Below, piece by piece: positions 38,981-51,797 of a stretch of 64,000 bases of DNA (the first letter of the stretch is position 1; each line of letters begins with the position of its first letter). Source of the stretch: Laetmonice hystrix. Lineage: Eukaryota. The notes under the pieces are model-generated. The model was given only the letters and a program-made list of their open reading frames with translations, searched no databases and was not told where the DNA came from. The stretch is from positions 8,680,001 to 8,744,000 of the forward strand of contig OZ249446.1 in NCBI GenBank assembly GCA_965235115.1, given 5' to 3'. Made by a program: the position numbers and the translations under genes.

Positions 38981-39397
38981 TAAGACCTTATGTTAGTCAT
39001 CATCTGAGCATAGTTCCACTTGCTACCAGGTGATAGTTACAGTAAGACCTTATGTTAGTCATCATCTGAGCATAGTTCCACTTGCTACCAGGTGATAGTT
39101 ACAGTAAGACCTTATGTTAGTCATCATCTGAGCATAGTTTCACTTGCTACCAGGTGATAGTTACAGTAAGACCTTATGTTAGTCATCATCTGAGCATAGT
39201 TCCACTTGCTACCAGGTGATAGTTACAGTAAGACCTTATGTTAGTCATCATCTGAGCATAGTTCCACTTGCTACCAGGTGATAGTTACAGTAAGACCTTA
39301 TGTTAGTCACCATCTGAGCATAGTTCCACTTGCTACCAGGTGATAGTTACAGTAAGACCTTATGTTAGTCATCATCTGAGCATAGTTCCACTTGCTA
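38981..39397. repeat. Minisatellite, 62-bp unit, about 6.7 copies
   Basis: TAAGACCTTATGTTAGTCATCATCTGAGCATAGTTCCACTTGCTACCAGGTGATAGTTACAG at a 62-nt period, near-identical copies. Confidence 0.97.
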
Positions 39398-42300
39398 GCA
39401 TGTGATGGTTATTGTTTTCAAAGTACATTATTATGTCACTAAAGGGGGCACCTCTGTAGTAGTTCATGGTGAAAAAAACAAGTTTCACCAGGAATGTTAC
39501 TTGCGACCTTGTGTTATTCACGGGACGAAATGATGAATATGAGACATAAAGATGTAAGAGAGAAAAGAAAACACAAAGAGAAAGCAATATTGTAGATACC
39601 GACGGTCTCTCAATCAAACAAGACGGAGCTGTTCCTACACAAAACGAGATAGATCTGTACAAAACAAGATACATCTCTACAAACGATCTCCATTCTGTCT
39701 ATCACTCCGACTGACCACGACTTCACCTGATCACCCCACGGCACCGGGAGATCTCATTCAGTATGGATGAGAACCTGTCTCTGCAACCTCCCAATTCCCA
39801 ATACTACTCCCATCATCTGTAACCCATCATCTGTAAGCCCGACATTACGACATGCCCATGTTGACTGATGGTGATCTGGCTATTGGCGGGGACACAGAAC
39901 CTAGGAACAGGACCGTTATAATGAGAACAATGACTGGCCATGCGAACACTCCCATCGATAACATCTCTGGGATGTTGAATCATGACACAGCAGAGGTCCC
40001 CGACCCCACCTGTAGACGGTCCCGGTGGGCTAACGGAGGAGGAGGCCGGGGACTCAGCCTCTGACAGAAACGATGTCTCTCCCGGTAAATCGGCATAACT
40101 TCAGACTACTGTAGTATATTCTCAATGGGTCTTAAACTTACTCGAGATCCCGTTAAAACCTCCAGTCTTATTTTTGTCGGAAATATACATAATATTGTCT
40201 AATATTCCATGTAAAGACCAGTGCCACTGGCTTTGCCCGCCTTGGGCGCGGCTGACGACCTCCAGACATTGCCCTTGGAGTCTGTCTACTTTAAGTCTAC
40301 ACTTCCCACACACAGCCTGACGGTTCAAGTCAAGTAAGTGCCAATTTATTGTGACCCAACAGCCTGCTCTGACTTCAACACGAAGTCTAAAGGGATAAGT
40401 TAAATTAGACGTCAAAAAAAAACCCACGTCAACGGTCGCTTGAAGGATCTAACGACCCAACTGCTCTGGGAGACCGAGTACTGTCTGTCTAAACAAAATA
40501 ATGAAACGAGATAGGTTCTATACTCGTTGTTTCCACCAACCTCTGTAAACACAGCTCCAAGTCAAGATTACCCATTCCCTATCCCTATGTGACGTCTCCC
40601 GGCTTTGTCACCCAATTTCCTGATTTCTCATATGTAACAGATTTCTGTGGCTTATCATTCCCTTAATGAATCCCCACAGTAAATTATGTCTTAACTGTAT
40701 TCTTAAACCTGACGTTCTGTCCGGAGAGTTTAACCAGAATACAAGACGTGATCTAGCTACAATCACTCCTGCTTGGACAGCTTAGCTCCTCTGATATACA
40801 CTGTAAACTGTATTTATAAATCCCCGTACCGGCAGCATCCCATTAACAAATCAATACGGCATCCCGCTGTTAGATGTGACGGCAGCCTTTCAGGCTGACC
40901 CGAACCAAGCTTAATTTTCTCATTCCCAGAATGCAATTGGCTTTAATTGACATGAAAAAAGGCTTTCTGAGTCGCAGACTGCCCCGGTATGTGATCGGCC
41001 GTCTGGTATGGCCGGCCACTGAGTGGAATATTGAGCTTAGCCAGTTCTACTAACGTCATTGATTGCACCGGAGTCTTATTGTCATCATTTCTAAACTTAC
41101 TTGTTCCCGCCCTCGACTAATAATGAGAAACAAGGGGCGAGAAACACGCTAAAACAACTCTCAAATTGATCGCTGGGCGTGCGGAAGACATGAAAAAGCT
41201 CTCGTGAATGTAAAAGTTACTGTAAAAATGCAGTGTTTTCCCCTGGGCACAAACTGCGCCGAGGTTGCGTGCTTTGAGAAGGTGTGAAGTGTTATACGGG
41301 AGACAGAGAGACTTGGGAATAATGATAACGGTACGCATTCAAGTCAACGTGTTTTCGGTATCTTTATGTTAGAAATCCTTTTTTTCCGATTTCGTTCTAT
41401 ACTTTCAGAATCTTCAGCATGTTCGGAATCCAAGAATCCAGATTCTCATAGACCTCCTACAGGAAGGATGTCGGGAAATATATGCCGTTTATTTGGGGCC
41501 CGTCTCACTGTTCCCTTACTGACAACCTCCGCACTCTGGTGACCTTGGCAGGGAAGTTTGTTCTCATTTCCCTTGGGAGGGGGAGGGGAGACAATATATA
41601 TAGTGAGACCGACCATGGACGCGGTAACACCACTCAAAGGAAACCGTTAAATCTGGCAGGAATCAGGAGACAGCCAAGGGGTATCAACCTGTGCAGCCCT
41701 TGCCGTGCGTGAGATAATTTCTTACCGTATCCTGTACGGTATTATCTGGCCATTCAGTACATACACATTGTTCATGACTCCTTGACATATAACAAAATGG
41801 CTGTTGAGAAAACGACCCCTCATTTGACCTAACGTTTTTATATCGAATTGCATGTAGCCATTGAACATTTCTCACGTGATAAAGTTCCGATGTCTGTGCA
41901 TGCATGTCGACACATTCTCAGGTGTGACAAGTTCAATCCGCACCTGGGCCGACCGTCAACTTCAAAGGACGGTTCTTCTTTGATGTTGGCCTCACCTCAC
42001 CTACCGGCAGCCGGGGCAGGGATGGGAGTCAACTGTTGCTGGTCAGAGATTGGTAGGTATAGAAACGGAACTCCAGCATTGAGACGGTCCCTCGCCAGGC
42101 TGTCACTGTCCGGACCAATCAGCCTTGAACGATCATTCTTTCTGGATGATTCAACTCAAGAGGAAGTTTGCCATGCTGACCCCTACAATTCATCACTGCC
42201 GTTCACAGTGATAAATCTGGGAGTATCACAGCATTCTGCCTCAACTGTCTCTTAGTAAATCTAGGATAAACAGGACTAAGGAATCTCATGGAAGCGCACA

Positions 42301-42445
42301 GAACAAGCGCTCGCAGGTTTCATAATCGAGTCTTTATAGAAAACAGAACCACAGTATTTTAATTAAACAATCTACATGTAGATACATTGTAATTACAACT
42401 CACACCGTAGGAGTAGTTGAAGCTAGCCCGACTGATGTTCTACAA

Positions 42446-43340
42446 CCGTGTGGTGGTGGTGGTGGTGGTGGGGGCATCTCCCGAGGAGGAGAGTTTGGTA
42501 GCCGTGTGGTGGTGGTGGTGTTGGTGGTGGTGGTGGTGGCATCTCCCGAGGAGGAGAGTTTGGTAACCGTGTGGTGGTGGTGGTGGTGGTGGGGGGGGGG
42601 GCATCTCCCGAGGAGGAGAGTTTGGTAACCGTGTGGTGGTGGTGGTGGTGGGGGGGGGCCATCTCCCGAGGAGGAGAGTTTGGTAACCGTGCGGTGGTGG
42701 TGGGGGGGGGGCCATCTCCCGAGGAGGAGAGTTTGGTAACCGTGTGGTGGTGGTGGTGGTGGGGGGCATCTCCCGAGGAGGAGAGTTTGGGAACCGTGTG
42801 GTGGTGGTGGTGGGGGGGGGGCCATCTCCCGAGGAGGAGAGTTTGGTAACCGTGTGGTGGTGGTGGTGGGGGGGGGGGCATCTCCCGAGGAGGAGAGTTT
42901 GGTAACCGTGTGGTGGTGGTGGTGGTGGTGGTGGTGGTGGTGGGGGGGGGGCATCTCCCGAGGAGGAGAGTTTGGTAACCGTGTGGTGGTGGTGGGGGGG
43001 GGGGGGCATCTCCCGAGGAGGAGAGTTTGGTAACCGTGTGGTGGTGGTGGTGGTGGGGGGGGGGGGCATCTCCCGAGGAGGAGAGTTTGGTAACCGTGTG
43101 GTGGTGGTGGTGGTGGTGGGGGGGGCATCTCCCGAGGAGGAGAGTTTGGTAACCGTGTGGTGGTGGTGGGGGGGGGGGGCATCTCCCGAGGAGGAGAGTT
43201 TGGTAACCGTGTGGTGGTGGTGGGGGGGGGGCATCTCCCGAGGAGGAGAGTTTGGTAACCGTGTGGTGGTGGTGGGGGGGGGGGGGGCCATCTCCCGAGG
43301 AGGAGAGTTTGGTAGCCGTGTGGTGGTGGGGGGGGGGGGG
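42446..43340. repeat. Compound array: 15 copies of a constant 32-bp core separated by variable (TGG)n-(G)n tracts
   Basis: Core CATCTCCCGAGGAGGAGAGTTTGGTAACCGTG. Spacers are only GGT triplets and poly-G of varying length. It explains the Pro/His/Thr-rich ORFs 42400-43447. Confidence 0.96.
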
Positions 43341-45091
43341 GAGGGGGGCAGAGGGAGTGTGTATCGATCACCCGGAAGCGGATGTCTGTAAGATGGCTGA
43401 TCTCCGAACAGCTGTTTGTTTGATGTACCGGCACTAAACATTATCATGCGGCCTGTGATGTATGCTGCTCATTAGTGCAGACAATGTCCACGATTGCCAC
43501 GTTATCGACCATTCATCAAGGACCGTTGACAAGTCACCACCGGGCCTTTCGCTCAGATCCCGCCGGGCCGGGCCGGGCCGGGGGCTGGGGTAATATAGGC
43601 ACAAACAAAGCGGTAGAAACAACACCCACCATATTGACCACATATTGAAGAAAAAAATCCATTTACTTAACCTTTTTGAACATTTCTGATTTACCTAGAA
43701 AGACATTTCACACATACTGACAAACTCTACGATACCAACTGTCACCAGAGCAAAAACTAGGCCATAAAGGGGTGCGTCGCCTAACATCCGAAACAAACTA
43801 TCCTAACAATTCAAATAAACACCCTGACAATTCAAAGGTTCAACCTCTTTGTAAGGACCGACTGTGTGTATGAGATAGAAACTATTTTTCTAAATGAACC
43901 TTCGCACACTTAAACCGACTGACTGATGACACATTATTACAGGTCAGATGTTCAACCAAAACATGAGGTGAGTCTTTTTAAATTGTAGTTCAACTTTACG
44001 GCTTTCAAATTAAGTGAAACATAACGGAGGTTTCAAAATAACTCAACGCTGAGAGCGAATCACAGTTATGATACTTAGCTACAAAATATAACCTTACCGT
44101 TTAGTATTAGTATAACAATATTCAGTATGATAAATGATAGGATTCATGGCAAGCCATTCTTTAAGCACAATAAATGCTAATTGCAATTCTATTTCCATAT
44201 AATGATCTATTAAAGCCACCTGGCTGTTAGGGTTGGGTAACACCTTTGACTAACGGGCGACATGACCATCCATACAGGTTGGCCTGGGAACGTCACACCT
44301 CCGGGCATCCCGCCAGATGGCGCCTTACATGATCTCTGGGTGACCCCTACCCGCCTTTAGTCTACTAGTTCAAACAGTTCATTCTTGGTGTTTAGTGCGA
44401 GGATCAGTAAATTGCTTTCAATATCACCAAGTAATAGCTTTGCTGGGGTTACTCACATTCATAGAGATAAATACCAGCATATCAGGGTTGAAGAAATAAA
44501 CATAAATGCTGAATCTGGGAAGACGATACAAGCCAGAATTCAGCGTAGCTACCTGTGACACAGACACGATGAAAAACGATAGTGTACTGTATTGCTGCAT
44601 CTCAGATTCCCCGCTCGTTATCACCCGGTACCATGATCAGACACACCCAAACACTGACATTGTTCTCCTAACATCCAGATTCGGACTTTCTTTTCTATCT
44701 AAAATCTGTAATACTCATTTTACCATACCGGAAGCACCTATTTAGTACGAGAATTAAAATGAACCATGGATAAACGCTGGTTGTGAACATGTTGCGGCCT
44801 TGGCAGTTTCCGGCCTCCCGTGCGAGTCCCCAATAAAACCAGCTGTTTCTAGCCATGCATGATAACCTTAGTTAAAAACTTACAACCATATTGTCAATCA
44901 CAAATCTTCCTTTGGCAGTGCTGCAAAAACATTTATTCTTTCACAATTGGAAAAGTCTAAAAGCCTATCTGGCAGTCTTCTCCACAACACCCTAACGTTG
45001 GCATCTTTATAGGAGACCCAAATAGTGGTTCCTACTTGACATGATCACATCATGTGAAAGCCTAGAGTAGGCGAGGTAAGACTGAACCTAC

Positions 45092-45167
45092 CTGAGATGG
45101 TAAAACGGAGTAGGGCGCCTGGTTCACTGGGTTGGGCCTTGCCACGTGCTCGTCCATGTGACCCACC
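45092..45167 (-). CDS. HECW: HECW-like exon: linker plus first beta-strand of C2 (GGSHGRARGKAQPSEPGALLRFTIS)
   Basis: Strong pyrimidine tract TTTTCTTGTGTTTTCTCTCACTACAG| and donor TCAG|GTAGGT. 76 nt, phase 0 to 1, the phases required between the 50998 and 14949 exons. LLRFTIS|D parallels HECW LVSFTLS|D. Confidence 0.85.
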
Positions 45168-47653
45168 CTGTAGTGAGAGAAAACACAAGAAAACCGAAGG
45201 TTATTTAATGTGGTAACCACTCCTGATGTCCCATCACGACAATGGGTCCTTAATACCACCTTCGAAATATGTACATTCACATTTCTGGACTCGAATTGTC
45301 CCAAGACACTGTCTTGTAGCATAGCTCAATTTTTACATTCACAGGAAATGTGAAAATGCCTTAAATCAACACAAGGCTTTTCTTGAGACTGAGGTTGACG
45401 TTTTAATTCAGGTCCAAGGGAATCCATTAGGATACAATGTACTCGGATTTTATACCATATAATCCCAGTTAATTGGTGGTAAAAAAAAGACAGGGACAAG
45501 AGGCGGTAGAATTCATTCATCTTGGTGTCACCATTACTCACCATCCTGCAAACCATGGCTGGAGGTCAGCGACAACCAATCTACTCCCAGCTGGACTGGC
45601 TACCTATCTCTGCAGTCAAACCATGGCAACCGGCATGCTTGAGAGAAGGCCGTGTTCCTAGAATGAGCGCCTCACTCTACCGCCTCATTCTACCGCCTCA
45701 TACCTTCTCCAGCCAGGCCGTAGACAGCGGTTAGCGATACAAGTCGAGGTTGAACACCACTCACAGGAAACAGTCTGTCTGAGCTGCCGCCACATGGCAA
45801 TGCCGGTTATATATCATTAACCGTAAAAAACAGCCGACATATCCAACTACAGCCACCAGGTGAGCCTGCAACCATTGGGTCAGACATCTGTATATACTTT
45901 TTATATATATTCTGACCACAGTAGCCAAATGGCACCAGACCATACTGTACCACTGTAACCCATTCCACAGTCTATCTCTTCAACCAGTGGATACTTATAA
46001 TGATGCTTTTCTGACCTTACGATTTAAAAGGTCATTAAGTTCTGTTTGAATTGCGCACTGTTCCTCCTGTTCCATGTCTCTCATCTCAGTCCAGCTCAGT
46101 CCTCGGCACAGAGTCCTTAACACAACCATCCTTGTACCGCCAGACTTGGCCGTCGTTTTACAAAGATATCAGGCACACACAGATCGGATGAACTACAAGT
46201 CAGCGTACATCGCTCAGCTTTCTGAGGGCCGCTATCCCTGCTACGAGTCAGTCTTCAAACGATTGTCGGGTCCCTCGAGGTCTCAAATAAACTGTTAGCT
46301 CTTCCACAATCAGTTCATGTCAAGACGACATTGAGAGGGTTTTCCTCACTGTGTTCACATGCGGCAGTTCCCGGCCGGCCGTCCACTGCCACAGACGACC
46401 GAGTTTAGATCACACCAAGTCCTGGCCCGGACAATCTCAGTAACTTGGAACCGAGTCTCAACCATCCACTAGTTGAGTTTTCTTGACCGTCTCGTGGATC
46501 AGACTGATGTATAGGACGTTTGAGGTGGAAACATGTTGCCATGGTATCAGCATGTAAAGCCAGACATACTTCCTGAGGTTGGGTCGTTGACGGTGGGTGG
46601 GTGGTGTCGGTAACAGCTGGCATAGTGAACTCGCACTGTTGCTGAACTCTGTACCAATTTCTCCCCGTGTCTCACTGGGTCAATAGGTAATCATGTTGGA
46701 TTTGAGGCGAGTTAAACAGTCCACATTTTATACTCATCCTTTAGTCCAGGTCTTTGTCTCTTTGCACTTTATTTCTCGTCAACATATTTTCTCTCACCCT
46801 CCCCCCCCGCCCCCCCCCACCCCCCAAAAAAAACAGTACCAGACACGAAATTGTATGTTTTCAAAATTGATTACTTTCTGTAACACAACTACGATGAAAG
46901 TAATTTCAATCGAAATTGATCAAAGACTGGCAAACATTCATACCACCCTAAATAATTAAACACTCTTAGTGAATTTACCGGCAGTAAAATACAATTTCAT
47001 TGCTGCTATCGCCTTCTATTTTTCATTTGAAACCCTGGGGTTACGTTTTGGTAAAAACCAACCTTGATATGATTGGAGTATTATGGTATCGAGTAATTAG
47101 AGTTAATTGAAATCTCCAGCCTCCTCCACAGTGCTCTAAACAAATTACTATCCTGATGAGGTTATATGTACGGGGTAATCAAAAGGTCGTACATCCCTTC
47201 TGTTGATCTCAAATAGCAGTGACACACACACACTGGCCAATCCTGAATGGATACCGATATCTACTTAAACTCAGACGTTGTGATTCTCTGTCATATTTTG
47301 GCAAGGCCCCACTCGACCAGACGTTTCGTGTTGGCACCCGGTTCGAGGTAAGGTGGCGTACAATTGGCGCCCCCAATGACATGACTAGGAATGTTTTAAT
47401 AACTCGTTTTTAATCCCACCGTGTGTGACAGCCGCTGAGAGCGTGTAGACACTGACAGGTCGGTAATAAAGGGTGGTGGTTTTTGTGGTCACCTAGCCCA
47501 CCCGACTCTAGCAACCAGTCTGTATGTCGGGAAGGGGGGGGGACAGGTCAGGACAGGGACAGGTTTCTCGACCACACCACATTCCAACCATTCCTCTATC
47601 ACAGATCGCCACCGACTCATTTCTCCATAATTTTTCTTTTACTTTTCATCTAA

Positions 47654-48077
47654 GCGTTCATTCGGAGTTCAACCAGAATGTAGATCTGGCTTCCGAGCGT
47701 TCGTTCCGGAGTTCAACCAGAATGTAGATCTGGCTTCCGAGCGTTCGTTCCGGAGTTCAACCAGAATGTAGATCTGGCTTCCGAGCGTTCGTTCCGGAGT
47801 TCAACCAGAATGTAGATCTGGCTTCCGAGCGTCCGTTCCGGAGTTCAACCAGAATGTAGATCTGGCTTCCGAGCGTTCGTTCCGGAGTTCAACCAGAATG
47901 TAGATCTGGCTTCCGAGCGTTCGTTCCGGAGTTCAACCAGAATGTAGATCTGGCTTCCGAGCGTTCGTTCCGGAGTTCAACCAGAATGTAGATCTGGCTT
48001 CCGAGCGTTCGTTCCGGAGTTCAACCAGAATGTAGATCTGGCTTCCGAGCGTTCGTTCCGGAGTTCAACCAGAATGT
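47654..48077. repeat. Minisatellite, 44-bp unit, about 9.6 copies
   Basis: GGAGTTCAACCAGAATGTAGATCTGGCTTCCGAGCGTTCGTTCC at a 44-nt period. Each unit holds a small CCAGA..TCTGG inverted repeat. Confidence 0.97.
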
Positions 48078-50997
48078 ACGTCCTTTCGTTAATGTCCTTT
48101 CCCTGGTAAATATATTTTACCCTCCAGCTTTCTGTTTTTAATTGTTTACGTTCCTATATTTGAGCACGACACTGCGATAAAGGACTGCACAGCTGGTGAC
48201 CTTGGCACACACAGCAGGGACAGACCTAGGATTTTGAAAAGGGGGATCCAGGGAGGAAATCAGTTAAAAGGGGGGGGGGGGGGGCAGAATAGTAAATTCA
48301 AAAAAGGAGGAAAACTGTAAGCAAAGGGGATCTTGACTGGCTGACCCCCCCCCCCCCCCCACCCCTGCCCAGATGATGAAGCCCCTCCCCCTCCGCCCCA
48401 CTCAGTGTTCAGCGGGTGTTTGACCGCTACATTTAGTGAGCTCATCACTCCCACGGCTGATCATTCAACCTTAATGTACACAACCTTCTGCTCCGTCTAG
48501 TCAACACATCCATTCAACACCAGCTACTTAAAAAATATACCTTGATCTTTTAGCTCATAACCCATTTCATATCAGCCTAACTTTCTAATTTCAAAATTCC
48601 CAGGAAAAAGATAAATGTACTGATTATATCATCATTAAGGCTGGCCTGCAGGTGTTCCGGTTGTGTATGTTTGTCTGAGGCTGAAAAAGGGGCCAGTCAT
48701 AAAAGCAATCGCTGACGGCCAGAGTCCGTGCTCAATGTGCCCGAGATGTGTTATGTGAAAATTGCCTATTCTCACAGACCCTCAGCTCAACAACAAGCTT
48801 CAAATCGGACAGGAAATACTTTTTTCACTTCCTTTCTTCCACATGTTCTTGTCACAGAACTGTGAGAACGGTGTGAAAAAGACGAGTGTAATAAATACAC
48901 CTCTGCCTCGGGCTACTTCCAGACCAGACTCGAGCTCTCATAGATTCTTATTTGAAGAGCGAACAATACGAAATAAGAAAATTATTAAAACTGGATTGAA
49001 GAGGAGGAAAACCGCCTGTAAATCACACGAGGGAGTTGAGGAGCAATTAAAACTCATCAGCTCGGCTCATGGTATAACATTAACAATACTACAGCCGTAT
49101 AATTATGACAAATTAACACTGTGCAAGAGAAATCGGTTTAAAAAACTAGGCCAAAGCAAGGGTTGCCTTCAGATTCAGTGTAAGTGGTATGTATAGTCCT
49201 TCTAACCTGACTTAGCAACCAGGCACAGGTCGAACTAAGATTTCGACCGAAAACCCCCATGTAAGAACCCTGATTCAAACAGTACAAAGCAACAACCTGT
49301 TCTCCATTGGCCTAGGTTTGAGTACCGTATTGATTACAGTACTTGGACGGCTGCATCACTTGACCTGTGTTCTAGGTAAGCGCACGAACAAATATGTCTG
49401 CCACCCTCGATCTGGACAATGTACTTGTTTCACTCTGATCGATATGCTACAATTCTCAACCTGACCGAAAACAGACACGGTGCTCCTTGCCAAGGTAAGA
49501 CAGCGCCAGTCCAAGTCACTTTAGGTCATCCTTTTCTGACCCTTGCGGTCGGCTGGCGTTGAGGTAGGGGCACAGAAGGGGAACGAACGTTTAGAATTCA
49601 GTGACTGCCCAGTCTCTATTAAAATTACTGACTAGATTCAGTGAGAGGGGTACTAAAGAATCTATCCCATTTGAGACTGGTAACAAAGAAATTGGGGGGG
49701 GGGGGGGGGTGAGTGATGGAACAAAAATCGCCTAAGGACCAGGTACCCTGGCCCCTTGTCAGCCTCCAACCTCACGTCTCCCCTAGCCTGGGGTACAGGT
49801 CGCTAAGCCTCCAAGGTAGCCTTCCTTAGTGAAGCGCTCCCATCCCCAGGCTATTCCTGAGGCCAATTTGTGCGGCCATCTGGGTTATATTACACATAGC
49901 ATCCTTCTTGATATTGCACAGCGATTACATCACAACTCCCCTGAGAATCATGTTACTCTATACATCTTTCATGAGCCACATGCAAGCCTAGATTTAAGGC
50001 CACTGATTTAGCGCAGGAGAATTCTAAAGTGCCACATGTTGGCCTTCCTTCTATCTTCATTGCGTATGCAGCGCTTCCCCTGATTCATTTATCTCAAATT
50101 GCTGCTATATCCAATTCTGACAAGTGGCATTAATTTCCAGGAAATTATATTTGTCAGTATTCAATTGTCAACAGTCGGACTGTCATTGTTGGTATCGGTT
50201 ACTGTCAGGAAGACTCACATGCTGTTTAGTACAGAAACCTTTTCTTACATTTTCCGTTTCGTCAGGTTTCAGTGTCGTTCCATGATTTACTATGATTTCC
50301 TTATGAATAAAATATTTTTGTATATAATCGCTTGAATCTATTTCTAATAAATGGACAATCCTTTTCAAATCATCCTGTAGACACTAGTCCAGCACGAGAT
50401 TTGAATTTACAACTGCTAACGGTTCTTATAAATAGTTATAGGAGATGAATTAAGTTGACAGGACCATCACAAACAATCGCACACATTACCAGAACGTCGG
50501 CGCGGAAGTTTTGTTTCAATTCCTGACACCTGTCACATTTATCATTATCGTTCGACATGAGGCGGTCTGGTAGCCAAAAGATACGGCCTAATGCAGTGAT
50601 AAATAATTGTTGGGTAAAGAACACCCGTCGGGATTGTTGGGGGAAGGAAAACACTAATCAACAGTGAGAACATGTTTGAGTGAATAAACCGTGAACGGGA
50701 CCGTTGTGTTCAGTGTCGGCAACGCTACAAGTCTGCCGCCTGGTGGCAAACCTACAAACTAGGCTCCTGTCTACAATGCCCCCTGTGTATACGAGTTGAA
50801 ACAAGAGCAAGTACTCGTTCATTGAATATAAAAAGTCATTTATGGAACATCAATTGTTTCTCAAATGCATAAAGAAACAATTGCAATCAAAAAAAGGCAT
50901 ACACATTTATGATTTACTTCTGTTATCAAGATATAACATTGTAATGATATTGCAAACAGTGGCGGACAAAATTACACTTCATGAGATCACAACTGAC

Positions 50998-51095
50998 CTT
51001 ATCAACCGTAGGATTTCTGACGATAATTGCCGAGCTCGCAGCAATAAGTGCACCTGTCGACCCCTGGTAGTAACGGAAGCACACTCTGGTGGCAG
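50998..51095 (-). CDS. HECW: HECW N-terminal domain exon (AATRVCFRYYQGSTGALIAASSAIIVRNPTVDK)
   Basis: Acceptor TTTATTTCGTTGTTTTCAG| and donor AAG|GTCAGT. 98 nt, phase 1 to 0. Matches the HECW motif KICFKYYHG.SGALRATTP.ITVKNP. Confidence 0.92.
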
Positions 51096-51417
51096 CTGAA
51101 AACAACGAAATAAAACGCTAGTATTGTTAGACATATCCTTAGGGTTACTCCTGCAAGCAAACAAACGGCCTTCAATCAAACAACATTCACCCCAATCATA
51201 ATGACTACATCTTCTTCGATGGCTATTCTGAAAAGATTCAGCACATCTCGCAGCACTGGACTGGTTTATCTTAGAGGTTAAAATATCAACTAGGGGAGGC
51301 CCCGACTCTTCGCTACGTTTGTCATCTTATTCCGATGTTCTTATCACATAAGATTATGCTTCACTGCGTCTTGCTGCATGATCTGCAAGAGTCGGCGAAC
51401 AGGGCTCGCCTGTGAGT

Positions 51418-51464
51418 GTCGCCATCTGGTGGGGACGCCGACCTGTGCCCACCAGGTGGCAGCA
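51418..51464. promoter_or_regulatory. Divergent pair of CTCF-like motifs in the short intron between two HECW exons
   Basis: Minus strand CCACCAGATGGCGAC (51432-51418) and plus strand CCACCAGGTGGCAGCA (51449-51464). Both match the CTCF core and form a 12-bp inverted repeat with a 16-nt spacer. Motif match only. Confidence 0.4.
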
Positions 51465-51686
51465 CGGAATTCGTTGCTGTCCCGACAAATTTTAAGCACG
51501 CTCGCGCAAAATGGCCAATGGTAAAAAAATATCCAAAGAATGTCGTTTGCTTTCACGGAAAACCCATTTTCCTTACATATTTTTTTACAAAAAATGTTAC
51601 CATACCTGAAACATTCTATAAATCAGCAAAGCAAACCCTGGTAATGCTTGAGAAAGGTGATACCTGAGGCTGAAAACTGAACTTAC

Positions 51687-51797
51687 CATCTGCAAAATTG
51701 TGCTCGACGTTATCAATGCACCACGGTATCTCGCCAGTCTGAGCGACATTGGTGCCGCGATTCTTCTGATCAATGAAGTTGGTGGGTGAACTGCCAT
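51687..51797 (-). CDS. HECW: HECW N-terminal domain exon (DGSSPTNFIDQKNRGTNVAQTGEIPWCIDNVEHNFAD)
   Basis: Acceptor TTACTTTTTGCAG| and donor ATG|GTAAGT. 111 nt, phase 1 to 1. Matches HECW SP.NF.D.KNRG..G.Q.GQI.W.I. Confidence 0.92.

Noticed and set aside
41726-41731. 6-nt frame-preserving microexon candidate (CAG|GATACG|GTAAGA)
   Set aside because: No pyrimidine tract or microexon enhancer, and such patterns arise by chance in a 30-kb intron.
42005-42154. Symmetric 150-nt phase 1-1 cassette exon candidate (VESSRKNDRSRLIGPDSDSLARDRLNAGVPFLYLPISDQQQLTPIPAPAA) with G|GTAGGT donor
   Set aside because: It needs a disfavoured GAG acceptor and would insert 50 aa into the first C2 strand, with no homology support. 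Junction reads could overturn this.
42446-43340. CRISPR array (32-bp repeat with spacers)
   Set aside because: Spacers are only (TGG)n/poly-G, there are no cas genes, and the context is a spliceosomal intron. The same reasoning applies to the 9709-10801 array, which has only three recurring tails.
48215-48367. Second hAT-like MITE (CAGGGACAGACCTAGGATTTTGAAAAGGGGG...CCCCACCCCTG)
   Set aside because: Termini match only over about 5 bp and there is no TSD. Plausible but not supportable from this window alone.
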